A stretch of DNA of 64,000 nt from contig JARDVH010000025.1 of assembly GCA_030324005.1 (NCBI GenBank), positions 83,545,693 to 83,609,692 on the forward strand. The letters run 5' to 3'. Shown here piece by piece: positions 1 through 13,585 of this stretch. A program made the position numbers and the translations under genes. Under the pieces are notes generated by a model. It searched no databases, was not told the origin of the DNA, and worked only from the letters and a program-made list of their open reading frames with translations. Source of the stretch: Negaprion brevirostris. Its lineage: Eukaryota. Each line of letters starts with the position of its first letter. The stretch's first letter is position 1.

Positions 1-692
1 CAATTGTAAAACAGACAATTCTAATTATTAACTAGCTGAAGCACTTAATTTGGAGGTGCTACAATTCTGCATGAGTTTTTCCCAGGACCCAAAGTCAATT
101 GGGCCAAAAGTGAAGCTTTAAGAGTAGCCTTGTAGCATTTCTTTTGATTGCAACAGGAGCATACCCCAGACTCCAGCTCTCCATGGAAGATTTCCTTTGC
201 TAACCTGGTATCACACATGCCAGCTCAGGTTAGCACCTTGGTGCCTGATATTTTGTCCTACATTCTGAAGCTTCTGAAGGCAGCTCAATTGAACGTTTTA
301 AAATTGAATCTGAACTGTAAACTAGGCTATGTGTATTATGCATTTATTATGCTGAAGTAATAGAAACTTCTTACCATGGCAAAAACATTCTCAAATATTT
401 AGAGATTTAGAAGGAATACATGCATGGAAACTGAAACCTTTCTGGAGAGATTGTGAGCACTTTGCCAAATGTATCAAAGCCTGTGAAGAATTCTACATTA
501 GTTCTTCACTATTTTTGTTGTCTGATGTGTTATCTTAATTTTTATCTGTGCAATTGTGGCCTAATTAAACTTGACTAGCAACTCGTGGCCTTGGAAAAAA
601 AAGTGTGCACGCAGGTGCCATTGAGGCAAACAAGATTCAAATATTTTAATGTTTAATCGCATTGTTAATTGGAAGAAATTTTTTTCTTTCAG

Positions 693-755
693 CACTATAT
701 ATTTAGAAAATATGTCAAGATTTTTATCGCTGTTGGCTTGAGATCCACCTGTGAG
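693..755 (+). CDS. Candidate internal coding exon of an unidentified host gene (HYIFRKYVKIFIAVGLRSTCE)
   Basis: Strong acceptor ttttttctttcag| at 692/693. Only frame 0 is open. Two possible donors: GAG|gtagaa at 755 (phase 0) or CCT|gtgagg at 750 (phase 1, which would join in frame to the 42424 exon). Non-repetitive context. Confidence 0.6.
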
Positions 756-2002
756 GTAGAAACTTAACAGAATGGTACATCTACTTGTTAGAACCTATAT
801 TTCATTTTGTACCTTCAAAAAGTTCAGGTCAGTGTGCTGATGTAGTAAAACCAATGGAGCACATCTGTCATTGATCATGTCATATTTGAGTGAGCCAGTA
901 AAATCTTGTACGGCTTTGTACTAACAGTCACCTGATTATGGAGACCACATGTGAAGTAATCCTCAAAGAACACATTGAGCTTCATGCAGAGAATGCCTTC
1001 CAGTGAATTGGACAATAATCTGACCTGAGCTGTGAAGAACAAGTATGGGTGAAGAAAAATATATGATGTTTTTTCCAAGTATGATATAGTGCAAATTCTT
1101 GCATATAACAATAATAGCTTCTTATGTTGTCAGAGAATGTGTTTTGAATTTACTTGGTTACCCAAGATGCACATCTATTGTCCTAAGGAAAACCAAAGGT
1201 TCACTATACAATGTATAACATGGTGTTCCCAGTTGGACAACAATCAAGGCCACAGAATTGCAATTGGAATTAAATCCTTAAATTAGCAATAAAGATCCTA
1301 GGATCCAATGTAATAAAACAGAATTTGGAGCAATAATCTACAGTCTCTAAATTTGTTGTTCTAGTTGAAAAGAATTCAAATGTACTTTCAAGTCTAAACT
1401 GCATCAATATTAACTGTAAATCCTGGTCTGACAATATATCTGATCACATCAATCATTTCAAGCCTGCAGGCATTATTACTTGGAGTATCAAAATATTCAA
1501 TAGGAGGAACAGCGAAAAGTGTGCAATTTTCTGTCTTGCTCCAATTTAAAAGTAGTAATACAAGCATAACTTGTTAATGTGCGGAATTTTTGTGTTTGTT
1601 GCCTTAATAACTTTCTGTAATTGCCAAGTTCACTAAAATGTAGCAATTTTCTAATTTGTACAAATGTTTATAATATTTGAGTGAAAATCATTTGCTTTAT
1701 CATTTGAAGAAAAACAAAAAGCATTTTAAACTCATCGTTATGTTTGCAAATGTTTCTTGGAACTCAAATCCAAGTTGAGAACATGTTTCTCCTATTGTGT
1801 GCGATGGGTAATTTTTTTTTTGCTCTGCCCCAGCATCTTTATAAACGGAATAATGTTCCTTGACGTCATTGACCCAAACTACTTACTGACAAACTGACCT
1901 GAGTTCTTCTGATTTTTTTTAAGCAATGGATATATAAAAGTGCCTTTAATAGCACTATGGGACTGTGTGCATCAGTTCAAGGTCAGCCTTCTTACTGTAT
2001 CT

Positions 2003-2360
2003 GAGAAAAAGACTTCTATTTATATAGCACCTTATTATGTCTAGCTGAAAATTTCTCACACGTTGAGTTATTTTAGAACATTGAGTGTGTTAAGTAGGCA
2101 AAAGGGTGCCTGTTTTGCATATCCAGTAAACAACCAGCTTTTTTTTCTAGCTATGTTGACTGAGGGAGTAATGTTAACTTGAAGATTGGAAGAGGAATCT
2201 GTTCTTCAGGTGGCTGCATAGAATATTTAATAGCCAATTCAATAATCTTTAGAACAGGCAAATGAGGGAAGGTAAGTGACACTTCGGCAGTTTTGCAATG
2301 AAATGTGCTCCTGCCCTGGCATGAAATTTGATTCCACAACCCTGACTCAGAAGTAAGAGT
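2003..2360 (-). mobile_element. Old DeuSINE (SacSINE1/AmnSINE-like), degraded
   Basis: Reverse complement of the SacSINE-type tail (aaagacttctatttatatagcacc) and head (ccacaaccctgactcagaag). Confidence 0.55.
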
Positions 2361-2894
2361 GAGATGTGAGAAAACATTGAGCGATGTCTCATGTGAACCA
2401 AGTGTGAAAGAACATACCGCTGGAAATTGAACAAACCAGATGTGCTTCATTACAAATAGTCTGTTACTGGGTTGTTTATACTGAAGCAAATATTTAAAAT
2501 GGTAGTCTGTTGCATTCAAAGATTCAGCTCTTCAATAAGTTCAAAGGTAGATTGCAGATTTTAATTTTTTTTCTTGACATAATTATAAGATTTACTGGTA
2601 AGTAACAGATGGGCTTCATATATTTTAAAATTAAAGATCCTGGGCCATTTTTACTAAGATTGCACTGTTGGTGTAATTTGATACATGCTTGGGTCCAGTG
2701 AATGCACCTTCTTCAGAACAGCAAAGAGAGCTTTTTTATATTGTAATAATAATATCCAGGATCCTGAACAGTTGCAGAGAATTGCACTTAAAAAAAAAAG
2801 CAACTGTCAGAACTATTGAACATTGTTTAAACAAGTACTGTAAGTTGATGCTACTTTTTAAAAAAAAATTGAGATGTCTGCAAAAGTAAAGACA

Positions 2895-2994
2895 TGATGT
2901 GGACTTGCGGGCATTGGGCTGGGGTAAACACAGTAAGAAGTAAACTTCATCAAATAAATTGGTTGGACTTTAACCTGGTGTTGTGAGACTTCTT
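2895..2994. mobile_element. Short Penelope-like element remnant (family A) with 12-bp TSD
   Basis: Direct repeat aaagtaaagaca at 2883-2894 and 2995-3006. Inverted ends cagtaagaagt...acttctta. Shares ttggactttaacctggtgttgtgagacttc-type sequence with 28813-28999 and 60379-60498. Confidence 0.7.
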
Positions 2995-3782
2995 AAAGTA
3001 AAGACAACCAGTGCCTAAGATTTGAGTCATTCAGACAGATTTATAGAGGTGTTAGAGACTTTTTAGTTTTGATAGTGTCATTATAGTTAGGACTTGGTTC
3101 AGGTTGTACTATATAGTAGTAAATCTGAAGACTTGAGTCATTGAAATGTCGCAAGTAACAGAAATTCTTATTTTCTTTATCAATGAATTACATTGGATGC
3201 TTGTATTGCAATATTGTATTGCAGTTCCAGATTGTATTTTTGTTGGTTCATTTTAAATTGTATTAGTAATGAAAGGTGCTATTTTTGAAAGTATTCATCA
3301 TTTTTGCAGAATATGGATGCTTCAGAAGAATTGATTGGTTGAATTTACTGTACAAATATTTAACACAAAATTATCTAGTGCATTGTTCAAGTTAAAGTGC
3401 TGAATTTTCCTAACTTGGTCATCTGATTTAAGGTTGCAGCTTTATGACCTCTTGTCTTCACAGTATTCTTGTACAGCTACTCTCCGTCAATGTGGCAATT
3501 GCCTATTAAAATCAGAGATGCTCCACTGAAGTGATCTAATAATTTGGATTTTAGCACTAAATTATTTTCTTTATTTTACATTGCTTAAATCATATTATTA
3601 CATATTTCAAAAATGTGCAGCACACGAAACATTATAAATGTTGATCAAGTATTATCAGGAGTTGATTAAATATCTGAATTCTGTTTGCTGCTCTGAAGTG
3701 AATTGGGTGAGACAAGCATTGAGTGTGTGAGTATTCCCAGATCTTTCCTGGCTTTTTCTCTAACTTGCCTCACACCATGTCT

Positions 3783-4468
3783 GCTGGGCCTCGGTTGGTA
3801 ACACTGTCACCTCTGAGTCAGAAGGATGTGTGTTCAAGACCCACTTCGGAGACTTGAGCATTAAATCGAGACTGATGTTAGAGAACAATAGTGAGAGAGT
3901 ATTGCAAACTTGGAAATGCTGTCTCATGGATGCAATGTTAAATCAAAGCCTTGTCTGCAGCCACACACCCGCCACCACCCCCCCCACCACCCCCCCCNNN
4001 NNNNNNNNNNNNNNNNNNNNNNNNNNNNNNNNNNNNNNNNNNNNNNNNNNNNNNNNNNNNNNNNNNNNNNNNNNNNNNNNNNNNNNNNNNNNNNNNNNNN
4101 NNNNNNNNNNNNNNNNNNNNNNNNNNNNNNNNNNNNNNNNNNNNNNNNNNNNNNNNNNNNNNNNNNNNNNNNNNNNNNNNNNNNNNNNNNNNNNNNNNNN
4201 NNNNNNNNNNNNNNNNNNNNNNNNNNNNNNNNNNNNNNNNNNNNNNNNNNNNNNNNNNNNNNNNNNNNNNNNNNNNNNNNNNNNNNNNNNNNNNNNNNNN
4301 NNNNNNNNNNNNNNNNNNNNNNNNNNNNNNNNNNNNNNNNNNNNNNNNNNNNNNNNNNNNNNNNNNNNNNNNNNNNNNTACATATTATAACAATGAGTGC
4401 ACTTGAAAATGATTCAGTAGCATTTTGAAACATCCTGTGATCATGAAAGATGCTGTATAAATGCAAAC
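3783..4468 (+). mobile_element. DeuSINE (SacSINE1-like), interrupted by an assembly gap
   Basis: tRNA-like head ggtaacactgtcacctctgagtcagaagg...gttcaagaccc; Deu-like body ggatgcaatgttaaatcaaagcc; tail catgaaagatgctgtataaatgcaa after the gap. Confidence 0.7.
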
Positions 4469-4879
4469 CTTATGGTGAGCATGTATATCCCGCATATCTT
4501 CTTCTGATGTGCAACATCTTTTCGAATACATTGAAAAAAGCCTTTGATATTTATAAATTTGATGACAATACTTAGTGTTCAGCATTTCATTTGCAAATAT
4601 GCCTTATTTAAAAAACTGTGGACCATTTTATAGCAAGGTTCTAGAATTTTGAATGATGCATTCTCTTCTTGTATCATTTGTTAAAATTACTTGTTGGTCT
4701 GTTACTTCCTACCAGTAGCTTTTACACACAGATTCTTGTGCACTTATCATTTCCTTGTTATATTTTTTGTTAGTCAGCTGGACCTATTTGAACCTGTCAT
4801 CATGTTTCAATCACCTGTCAAGTTACTAAGAAACCCCACCTCCGTTATTTCCTTGTGATCAGTATGGAGTATACGCTTA

Positions 4880-4985
4880 GCCAATTACAGAGCACTTCAG
4901 TGTAGGCTGATTACTGGCAGGTAACATTTGCATCAAGTAAGTGCCGGGCCCTGATCATCTTCAGCAAGAAAAGGTCCAGTCACAG
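4880..4985 (+). mobile_element. RT fragment of the same LINE family as 35488-38480
   Basis: ggctgattactggcaggtaacatttgcatcaagtaagtgcc encodes ADYWQVTFASSKC and parallels 37640-37720. Confidence 0.5.
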
Positions 4986-6634
4986 TGCCATATAGTGTTG
5001 ACGCTCACGCAAGCTGTTTTAAGGTGCCTGATTTATCGTGCAGCAATTTTATTGTCAACATGACATTCTGTTGTTATCACTGTGACTGAAATTGACAGGA
5101 ATGTTGTAATGATGCATGTCCTTGTTCACATGCCTTGCTATATAGTAGATTATAACTTGTATGGAGCAATGTCATAATGTGTTAGTGTTAAACAATGTTT
5201 AAAACTCTACTGTGCTCTTTTAAAATTTTAATCAAAATTTGGTAGTGATAGTGAAATATTTTACCTTGCTATAAAATGGTCCTCAGCTTCTTAAATAAGG
5301 CATATTTACATTAAAAAAGCTGAACATTTTAATTACATTTGGTGTCAATAGTTGAAGGTAGGAAGGAACATGAATAGCTTTGAAAGGAAAGTTTCTGGTC
5401 TAGAAGGAAAGTATGGACAAGGGGAAAAGCATTTGCGGTTTTGATTGTGTAAAACCACTTGTGTNNNNNNNNNNNNNNNNNNNNNNNNNNNNNNNNNNNN
5501 NNNNNNNNNNNNNNNNNNNNNNNNNNNNNNNNNNNNNNNNNNNNNNNNNNNNNNNNNNNNNNNNTCAATGTCTCTTTCAATGTAACTTTTGTACTGAATA
5601 TCCTGTTTTCTCATGCACAGCATGATTTCTATAATGGTAATAAAATAAGCATTTTGAACTTCTCTATATCCTCATCACACGTTATCTGTGCTGTGCCTCA
5701 GGGATTGATTTCTTGATGGCTACAAATTCATTGACATTCTCTAGTACCTTCCCTAAGTGGTATAATTCTTGTGTTTGCCCTGTCAATGACTGTTCACAGG
5801 ATGCTCACCACAGGGGACGACATGAGCAAAAAATAATTCTGTCCACTTGTAAGTACTTGCAGAAGGGGTCACTGGATAGCAATTGGGACAGGAATTCTAG
5901 CAATTGGCTGATAGGAACACATCATTACGGGCACAAAAGTGGCTTTATCCCTAACTGCATACTGTTGAGGAACTGTTGAAGCATTACAAGGCTCACAACC
6001 ATGATTAAAGGTGTAATTTTAAATCAACCTGCCTAACAGAGGGGTGTCAATATCCACCTCCATTTTGCATCTTGCACAATTTAGTGAATTTTCTTGCTTT
6101 CACATGTTTTGTCAACCCCAATAATCCAATAAATTACTTGAAAAGAAACAAAATGTGTAAGTAAGTTATACCTAATAATTTAAATTACTATGGATAACCT
6201 GGTATAGAAAACATCAAGGAATGCTGTACAGAGAGGGAGATTATGAAGGAAAAAGGGAGGGAGAGAAAAAATAGTGATTAGGGAAGAAGAAAAACAGCCA
6301 GAGGGAAATGTTTAAGGGGTTTTTAATGGTGTGGAAAAGTGGTGGTGGGACAAATAAAACGAGATCCAGAGGATGATGAGGACTATAGCAGAAACAGAGT
6401 TATAGTTGAACAACGGGAGCAGGAATCACCAATAGAGGAGCAGGTTACTTATAAGGGTAAAAAGCTAGATGAAATTGTGAACATACAGTGGATTTGATTA
6501 TGAGGGCAGTGGTCATATAATTAATCCGTTGAGAAAAGCCCTGCTGTCCTGAACAGATCAGTTTATCTCCTAAGAAGTAGAAATGACACTCTTAGATCAA
6601 TAATTGCTCAGGATAAAGAGCGGAAGCAGCATTG

Positions 6635-7170
6635 GTCTCAAATATTATGTTCAGTTCTCAGCATCAAATTTCAGGAAAGTTACCAGTATATTGGCCTTAA
6701 AGAGGGATGATGGAGATTCACATGAACGATGCTAGAATTTAGAAGGCGTGTTACATAACTGTGGCTTGTATGCCTTAGCAATGATCCTTAATTTGTATTC
6801 TGTTGCATTTAGATAGTTGCTGGAGATCTAATTGGGGTGTTTAAAGTAATGTTGAGATTTGGTAGGATAGATTCAGAGGTTATTTTCTCTGTTTAATGGG
6901 GTGGGTCTAGAACAAGTGGACGTAATGGCTAGACTATTGTTGAGTAAAATTGGGAAACATTTTTTCATGTAAAAGGTAGTGGAAATCTGGAACTCCCTAT
7001 AAGCTGTGGATATTGGTTTAATTGAAATTTTAAGGATTGACATTCATGTATTTTCTTTGGCTAAGGGCTTTAATGGATATTTGAGTGAAGGCAGTTGAGG
7101 TGCAATTAGGACATGTTCTAACCAAAATTAGAACTAGCTCAAAAGGATGAGTAGTATGCACTTGTTTTTA
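6635..7170 (+). mobile_element. Old CR1 LINE 3' portion
   Basis: Degenerate YYVQF..., GDLIGVFK and VVEIWNSL motifs followed by a CR1-type 3' UTR. Confidence 0.6.
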
Positions 7171-7379
7171 TTCATTAAATCGATCAACCTGTTTAAATAT
7201 ATGATCTAGCAATGATCATTGATATATCTCCTGAATGCTGATGGATTTGGTCACNNNNNNNNNNNNNNTCAACTTACCTCTGCTCATGGACTATAAAGTT
7301 CAACTTTTTTCCATATGGCTTAGCCTCAAACCACCTGAATTGTCATTTTAGGCATATTGAAGGGGTATAGAATTTTGAA

Positions 7380-7552
7380 ACACTGATCTAAATTTAGCTT
7401 TCTTTGCCACGCACATTCCATTACCAAGTCAGCTTGCCTTCATTTTGCAGTATTGCCTAACCTCAGTTGTGTCTGTTTTCCACTGCTGCTAAAACCTGAA
7501 ACATTAAGGTAACCCAGAAGTGGATCAATTTCTCAAATGCCCTCATACCTGA
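7380..7552 (+). mobile_element. L2 LINE RT C-terminal fragment
   Basis: Translates (with a one-base slip) to HSITKSACLHFCSIA*PQLCLFSTAAKT, resembling L2 ITKTAYFHLRNIARLRPCLSSSAAET. Confidence 0.55.
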
Positions 7553-9054
7553 CGTCTAGCTTTTACAAATTAGCAGTTCATTACAGTTGGATTTTAAAGG
7601 TTGGGGTCTGGATTGGAGAGCACATAATTTGGTGTCTGTGGCCACTATCCTGATTTCCTCATCACGAGGGCAATTACAATTGATTAATTCAGGTCCTGTA
7701 CCCACATCAGCTAGGATTTCCAGTTGGCAACGTGGACAGCCCATATTGACCTGAATTGTTCAGGCCAACATGCTTGATGAGGGTAATGTCACAATTTTGT
7801 ATTATAGGAAAACCACCTTCCCTGGACCCATAAACAGCCTCTAATCCATTGGCTGTCCCCTGGAGGGATTGTCCCTCCAGAATGATGGCTAGGCAGCTGT
7901 ATTATTTGAAAAAGGAAAGTAAACAGTACTAGCAATTGTCCCTTATTGTCTGCAATCTCGCATAGACAACTTCCATTTTGGCTGATGGGGCTGCTGAATG
8001 CTGGGGGACCTCTCTTTGACCCTCCAGTGCCGGAAGCTCATCTTCCATCCTGATTGAATGGCTAGCGTGCTTTCTGGCCTTCATTGATAGGAGTGCCATG
8101 TTCCTGACACCTATTTAAAAAGCCGGCCCAAATGTCTTCTCTTGTTTTTGCCTCCTGCTCAGTGACCACTTTGCTGAAGTGGTTACTGTTGATGTGCATT
8201 ATAGAAATGTAAGTTATTAGAAATTAATTAATCAGGAAACAGTTTTCTGTTGGCATTTCTTTTGCTAAGGAAGGAATTACTGAGGACTTCAGAAAATTTG
8301 ATTGTAAAGAAATATGATACTGTTGACTCATCTTTGAGAGTTGAAACAGTCCCTCTGACATGGAGCCACTGAATCTCTTCAATTTTATTAATGTATAAGA
8401 GGGATCAATTTTTGGCTATCATTTATTGACACAAATAAGATAATATAGCAAAACTGGACCTACGCAAAATTTCCTGGGTTTGCAAAAGTCAGTGGCAGAA
8501 GATGCAGTTTTTGACTTTACTTTCCTGCCTTGGAACCCATGCTGTGGAATTAAGTAATTCAATCAATTATGAACTGAAAGGTATACTTGTCATGAAACTT
8601 AACTGCCTAAAAACCTTCTACTGGATTAAAATTAATGTTCAGAACACTTAACTAAGACAGTGCTTCCTTTAAATATTGGGGATAAAGGTTCTCATAAATG
8701 TAGTTAACTTTTCAAAACACTTTCATTGGCCTATTTTGTACTGTCAGATGAGTCATGAATCCTGTTTCAATCATCTAGATGTTAGGCACCACAAGATTTG
8801 AGGTGGACAGATGCAGATGATAGCCAGGCTTTATGGCTATTAATTTCTCCTATCTGCTGGGTAAAATATTGTGCAATGTAAGCCAGTTTGTTTGATCACC
8901 AGCAGGATAAAACTACAAAATTAGAGAGCTACTTGTATAAAGAATTAATGATTATTATGCTAATTGTTTGAATGCATCATCAGTGATCTCAGATCACATG
9001 AAACTGGAACTTGAGGGAAGAAATGGATGGAATCCTGCTGACGTCCATCCCATC

Positions 9055-9180
9055 GCCACACTTGTGCAAGGATATTTTGGCCTTGGAGGGAGTGCAGACG
9101 AGATTCACTAGGCTGATACTGGAGATGAGGGGGTTGGACTATGAAGAGAGGCTGAATAGACTGGGTCTGTACTCGTTGGA
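9055..9180 (+). mobile_element. CR1 RT fragment inserted in the Gypsy 5' LTR (runs into gap)
   Basis: KDILALEGVQTRFTRLILEMRGLDYEERLNRLGLYSL. Confidence 0.85.
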
Positions 9181-9649
9181 NNNNNNNNNNNNNNNNNNNN
9201 NNNNNNNNNNNNNNNNNNNNNNNNNNNNNNNNNNNNNNNNNNNNNNNNNNNNNNNNNNNNNNNNNNNNNNNNNNNNNNNNNNNNNNNNNNNNNNNNNNNN
9301 NNNNNNNNNNNNNNNNNNNNNNNNNNNNNNNNNNNNNNNNNNNNNNNNNNNNNNNNNNNNNNNNNNNNNNNNNNNNNNNNNNNNNNNNNNNNNNNNNNNN
9401 NNNNNNNNNNNNNNNNNNNNNNNNNNNNNNNNNNGGAGAAACCAGATCGGAGTGAGGACAATCTGCATTATTAGCAATCTACAGCAGACCTGAAGACATT
9501 TTAACATGGCAGCATGTTGATGGGGAAAAACTTAAACGTCGGCAGCGAGTATTGATTCCTTTCAAAATGATTGTTGTTTGCCAGTTCACGGGAAATTTGA
9601 CAGGGCACTCAGCATGCCCGCTAACGAGCACAGCAGGAAGAGATAAGCC

Positions 9650-10482
9650 ACAGATCTTTAAGTTTGCTGATGACATCACCGTAGTGGGTCTCAAACAATG
9701 ACTAGACAGACTACAGGAATGCAATAGAGAATCTGGTGAACTGGTGTGACAACTATAATCTGCCTCAATGTCAATAAAACAAAGGAGATTGTCATTGACT
9801 TCAAGAAGCGTAGTGGAGAACATGCCTCTGGCTACACCAGTGGGGATGAAATAGAAATGGTAGAGAACTTCAAGTTCTTAGGTGTTCAGATCACCAACCA
9901 CCTGCCCTAGTTCCTCACGCTGACACTTTAGGTAAGAAAGCTCACCAACACCTCCACTTTCTCAGAAGACTAGGGAAAGTTTGGCATGTCAGCTACGACT
10001 CTCACTAACCTTTATAAATGCACAGTAGAAAACATTCTTTCTGGTTATATCACAGCTTGGTATAGCTCCTGCTCTGTACAAGACTGCAAGAAACTACAAA
10101 AGGTTATGAATGTAGCCCAATCTATCATGCAAACCAGCCTCCCATCTATTGACTTCCCGCTGCCTTGGAAAAAGTAGCCAGCATAATTAAGGACCCCACA
10201 CACCTCGGACATGCTCTCTTTCACCTTCTTCCGTTGGGAACGATATAAAAGTCTGAGATTACGTACCAGCCGACTCAAGAACAGCTTCTTCCTTGCTGCC
10301 AACAGACTTTTGAATGGACCTACCTTGCATTAAGTTGATCTTTCTCCACCCTAGCTATGATTGTAACATTACATTTTGCACTTTTTCCTTTCCTTCTCTA
10401 TAAATGGTATACTTTGTGTAGCATTCAAGAAACAATACTTTTCACTGTATACTAATCCATGTGACAATAAATCAAATCAAAT
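9650..10482 (+). mobile_element. Rex1/Babar-clade LINE, 5'-truncated
   Basis: KFADDITVVG, NKTKEIVIDF, YKCTVENILSGYITAWY, RLKNSFFLAANRLLN; 3' end gtgacaataaatcaaatcaaat. Confidence 0.85.
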
Positions 10483-10587
10483 AGTTATTGCCATTGTTAG
10501 TTGTTTTTGTTGTGATGGGATGCAATCATCACCACCTCATTTATATAGCCATGAACATAAGAGTCCCACTTTGCCACATATATTCAG

Positions 10588-10666
10588 GTCATAAGAAATA
10601 GGAGCAGGAGTAGGCCATCTAGCCCCTCAAGCCTGCCCCACCATTCAATAAGATCATGGCTGATCT
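10588..10666 (-). mobile_element. CR1 3' terminus (runs into gap)
   Basis: cataagaaataggagcaggagtaggccatctagcccctcaagcctgccccaccattcaataagatcatggctgatc. Confidence 0.8.
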
Positions 10667-12867
10667 NNNNNNNNNNNNNNNNNNNNNNNNNNNNNNNNNN
10701 NNNNNNNNNNNNNNNNNNNNNNNNNNNNNNNNNNNNNNNNNNNNNNNNNNNNNNNNNNNNNNNNNNTCTGGTAACAGGTTCAACAATTTGAACGTGTTAC
10801 CCGACAGCAACTCCTAAAGTACTATAAAACCCTTGTGGTTATTGACTTTTTTTAGCTGAGGTCACAAAATCTAAAGGACATTTTTGAACCACCACCACCC
10901 AAATAATGGTTAAAAACCTCACAATAGCTTTTAAATTGAATACAGGAGGGAGATTGTCCATGCTTTCTGATAACAGAATCTGGCTGAAACCTGAGTTCCT
11001 CTAGCCATCAACCACTTGACGCCATGATCCAGTGGGCACTCCACTGATGAGACAAGGCAAGATGGCTAACATTCTTTGTTATAAAGGAAGAGAAATTACT
11101 GAAATCCTTTAAGCCATCTACATCAGGCGTTCTCCCGACTGAACCACAGAATCACACATGTCACTAGTTCCACTGGAGAACCACAGGCAAATGGTGAGGC
11201 CGAATGGGAGGTTTATAAGGTCATGGCACTGTTGCAGAAAAAAGAATCACCTTCACCGTACTTAGTTACTGGTCAACAATTTTGCACAACAGTCTGATTC
11301 CTTTGGAGCTCCTAATGCATAGGAGGTTACTTATCCATCTCTTCATACTTAGACCAGGTATCACCTGAGACCAACCTGAATGAGGTCTGGCAGAAGGAGG
11401 ATTATTATTGTACAAAACAAGCTGTCACTTTCAACCATTCTAACCTGGGCAATCTGTCTGGATCCCACCACAGAACCAACTTGGTGGAGTTTTGAGTCCA
11501 TTGGTTCATCCTTATTCCTATTCAACATTGACTGCAGTATCCTCGGACGCAATAAATCAGCAGCATTGGTTTTCCACAAGCGAATAATCATTGACTTGGA
11601 TTGACTGCCCAGATGAAAGGGAAAATGTCCTGACCACCCCTGTAGACAATTCACATCTTTCCTATCCCTCCTGCGCAAGAACTGAGGACCCATTCAGACA
11701 AATTCATTAAAACACCAGAGTGTCTTTCTCTCCAATGTATTTTCTTCTGATTCAGAGGGGACAAGGACTTTGGATGGGGATGGGCAGAGTAGCAAAAAAA
11801 GGTTTAAGGATAGAAAGAAAGGCTTGAGGGAGGTGTAGTAAAAGAAGCTAATGGCTATCATCAGAAATGTCAGATCACACACAACTGGAACTTGCGGAAA
11901 GAAGGTTCTGGCCTAGTCCTGCTAAGCTCTGTCTCTCAAGTCAATAAATATTCGTTAGTTTGCAATAGCATGGTTTCCAGCTCTCTTGTGTCGATGGTGC
12001 CCACAGCCAGGTCTGTGATATTAATACATTTCTNNNNNNNNNNNNNNNNNNNNNNNNNNNNNNNNNNNNNNNNNNNNNNNNNNNNNNNNNNNNNNNNNNN
12101 NNNNNNNNNNNNNNNNNNNNNNNNNNNNNNNNNTAATACATTTCTGAAAATTAAACGCAAAAGAACTAGGAGAAAACATTGTGAAAATATGACATTTCTA
12201 CATTTCCTTGACATTGAAACATTTTCAATGTATTTGAAGATAAATGCCGCAAAGTTCTGTAGTCATTTGGATGATCCAAATCACCAACATTAGAGTTATT
12301 CTGCAAAACTGGTAGTGTTAAGAACTACAGGAGACTTCGATGAATGAAATTTCCCTCCTAATTTATTTAAGTACTTGTGTCAATTCACATATTTGGATTC
12401 TTTGTGAAAAATATAGTGAAACATTTTGTTCAGCGTTGCATCCTAATCGAACTTACCGAGAATATTGTCCAAGCCACAAATAAGTTGCTTTATGACACCT
12501 TTTTTGACTTATTGGGTCGCATACTAATTATAAACGAAAGGCTATATTTGACAGGACTTGGCATGATGGACCTGGAAGGGTCTCCAAAACACTTGAAAGA
12601 TCGTAGAAGTTCTGGTTATCTCTGATGTTTTTCTGGTTACATTATGTTTCTGGAACAATGGTATCAGTTCCTAGAACAGACCAATATTGTTATGGTGCTA
12701 GAATGGCTAACTAGCTGTGAAAAGTTAATCTTATCCAGCTTCATTGTCAAGCACAATGCCAAACATGCATGCTTTGGGATTGGAAAAGCTGTTTGAGAAG
12801 TGTGGCATCAGGAGAGAAAAGGGGACAGGCAAAGGACTGCAATTAAAGTTTTATTTATGAGTGTCAC

Positions 12868-12988
12868 GAAGGAGGAGTAGGGTAGATGTCCGTAGGCAAT
12901 TTAGGGAGTTCGGGTCCAAACTGAGGAGCAGGACCTCCAGGGTGGCATTCTCTGGGCTGCTGCCTAGTACCAGCAGGGCTAGGAATGA
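12868..12988 (+). mobile_element. CR1 ORF1 (esterase-like) fragment
   Basis: RRQFREFGSKLRSRTSRVAFSGLLPSTSRARN resembles CR1 ORF1 ELGRKLKSRTSRVVISGLLP. Confidence 0.7.
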
Positions 12989-13088
12989 NNNNNNNNNNNN
13001 NNNNNNNNNNNNNNNNNNNNNNNNNNNNNNNNNNNNNNNNNNNNNNNNNNNNNNNNNNNNNNNNNNNNNNNNNNNNNNNNNNNNNNNN

Positions 13089-13446
13089 GAAATAGAGTCA
13101 GAGAGATACACGGCACAGAAACTGACCCTTCGACTCAACTTATCCATTCTGACTGGGTTTCCTATAAGTAACTAGTTCTGTTTGGCCCATATCTCTCTAA
13201 ACCTTTCCCATCTATGTACCTGTCCAAATGTATTTTAAATGTTGTAATTGTACCCACACCGATCACCTCCTCTGGCAGCTCATTCCATAAACGCACCACC
13301 CTCAGTATGAAAATATTGCCCCTCAGGTCCCTTTCTCCTCTCACCTTAAACCTATGCCCTCTAGTATTGGTCTCCCCTACCCTGGGGAAAAGACCTTGAC
13401 TATTCACCTTATCTATGCTTCTCATGATTTTATAAACCTCTATATG
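13089..13446 (-). mobile_element. CR1/HER1 LINE 3' end
   Basis: ORF 13162-13425: LFPRVGETNTRGHRFKVRG...VVRLWNELPEEV...TFKIHLDRY. Confidence 0.9.
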
Positions 13447-13585
13447 TTAAACTCTATGTTAGACCTCCATTTGCCATCTCTCTTGGTCAACAGGGATGGT
13501 GAGGTGGTGAGGGCAAGGGGAAGGGTGAATGTTCAGACTTTGCACTATCAACAGAACCTTTGCCCACTGGTAACACATATTAGGA

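Larger units (their letters stand above)
8934..12028 (+). mobile_element. Fossil Ty3/Gypsy LTR retrotransposon with nested LINE insertions
   Basis: Paired diverged LTRs: 8934-9506 (catcagtgatctcagatcacatgaaactggaacttg) and 11834-12028 (catcagaaatgtcagatcacacacaactggaacttg), both TG...CA. PBS-like TGGCAGC at 9507. Purine tract before 11834. Integrase remnants LVVIDFF, MLSDNR, THVTSSTGEPQANGEAEWEV and LSYWSTILHNSLIPLELLMHRRL (about 10835-11330). Confidence 0.7.

Noticed and set aside
3830-4466. Long ORFs spanning N-runs (also around 9011, 32083, 46494, 59951 and others)
   Set aside because: Artefacts of translating assembly gaps as X.
11044-11075. CTGATGA as another hammerhead
   Set aside because: No stem II or GAAA follows at a suitable distance.
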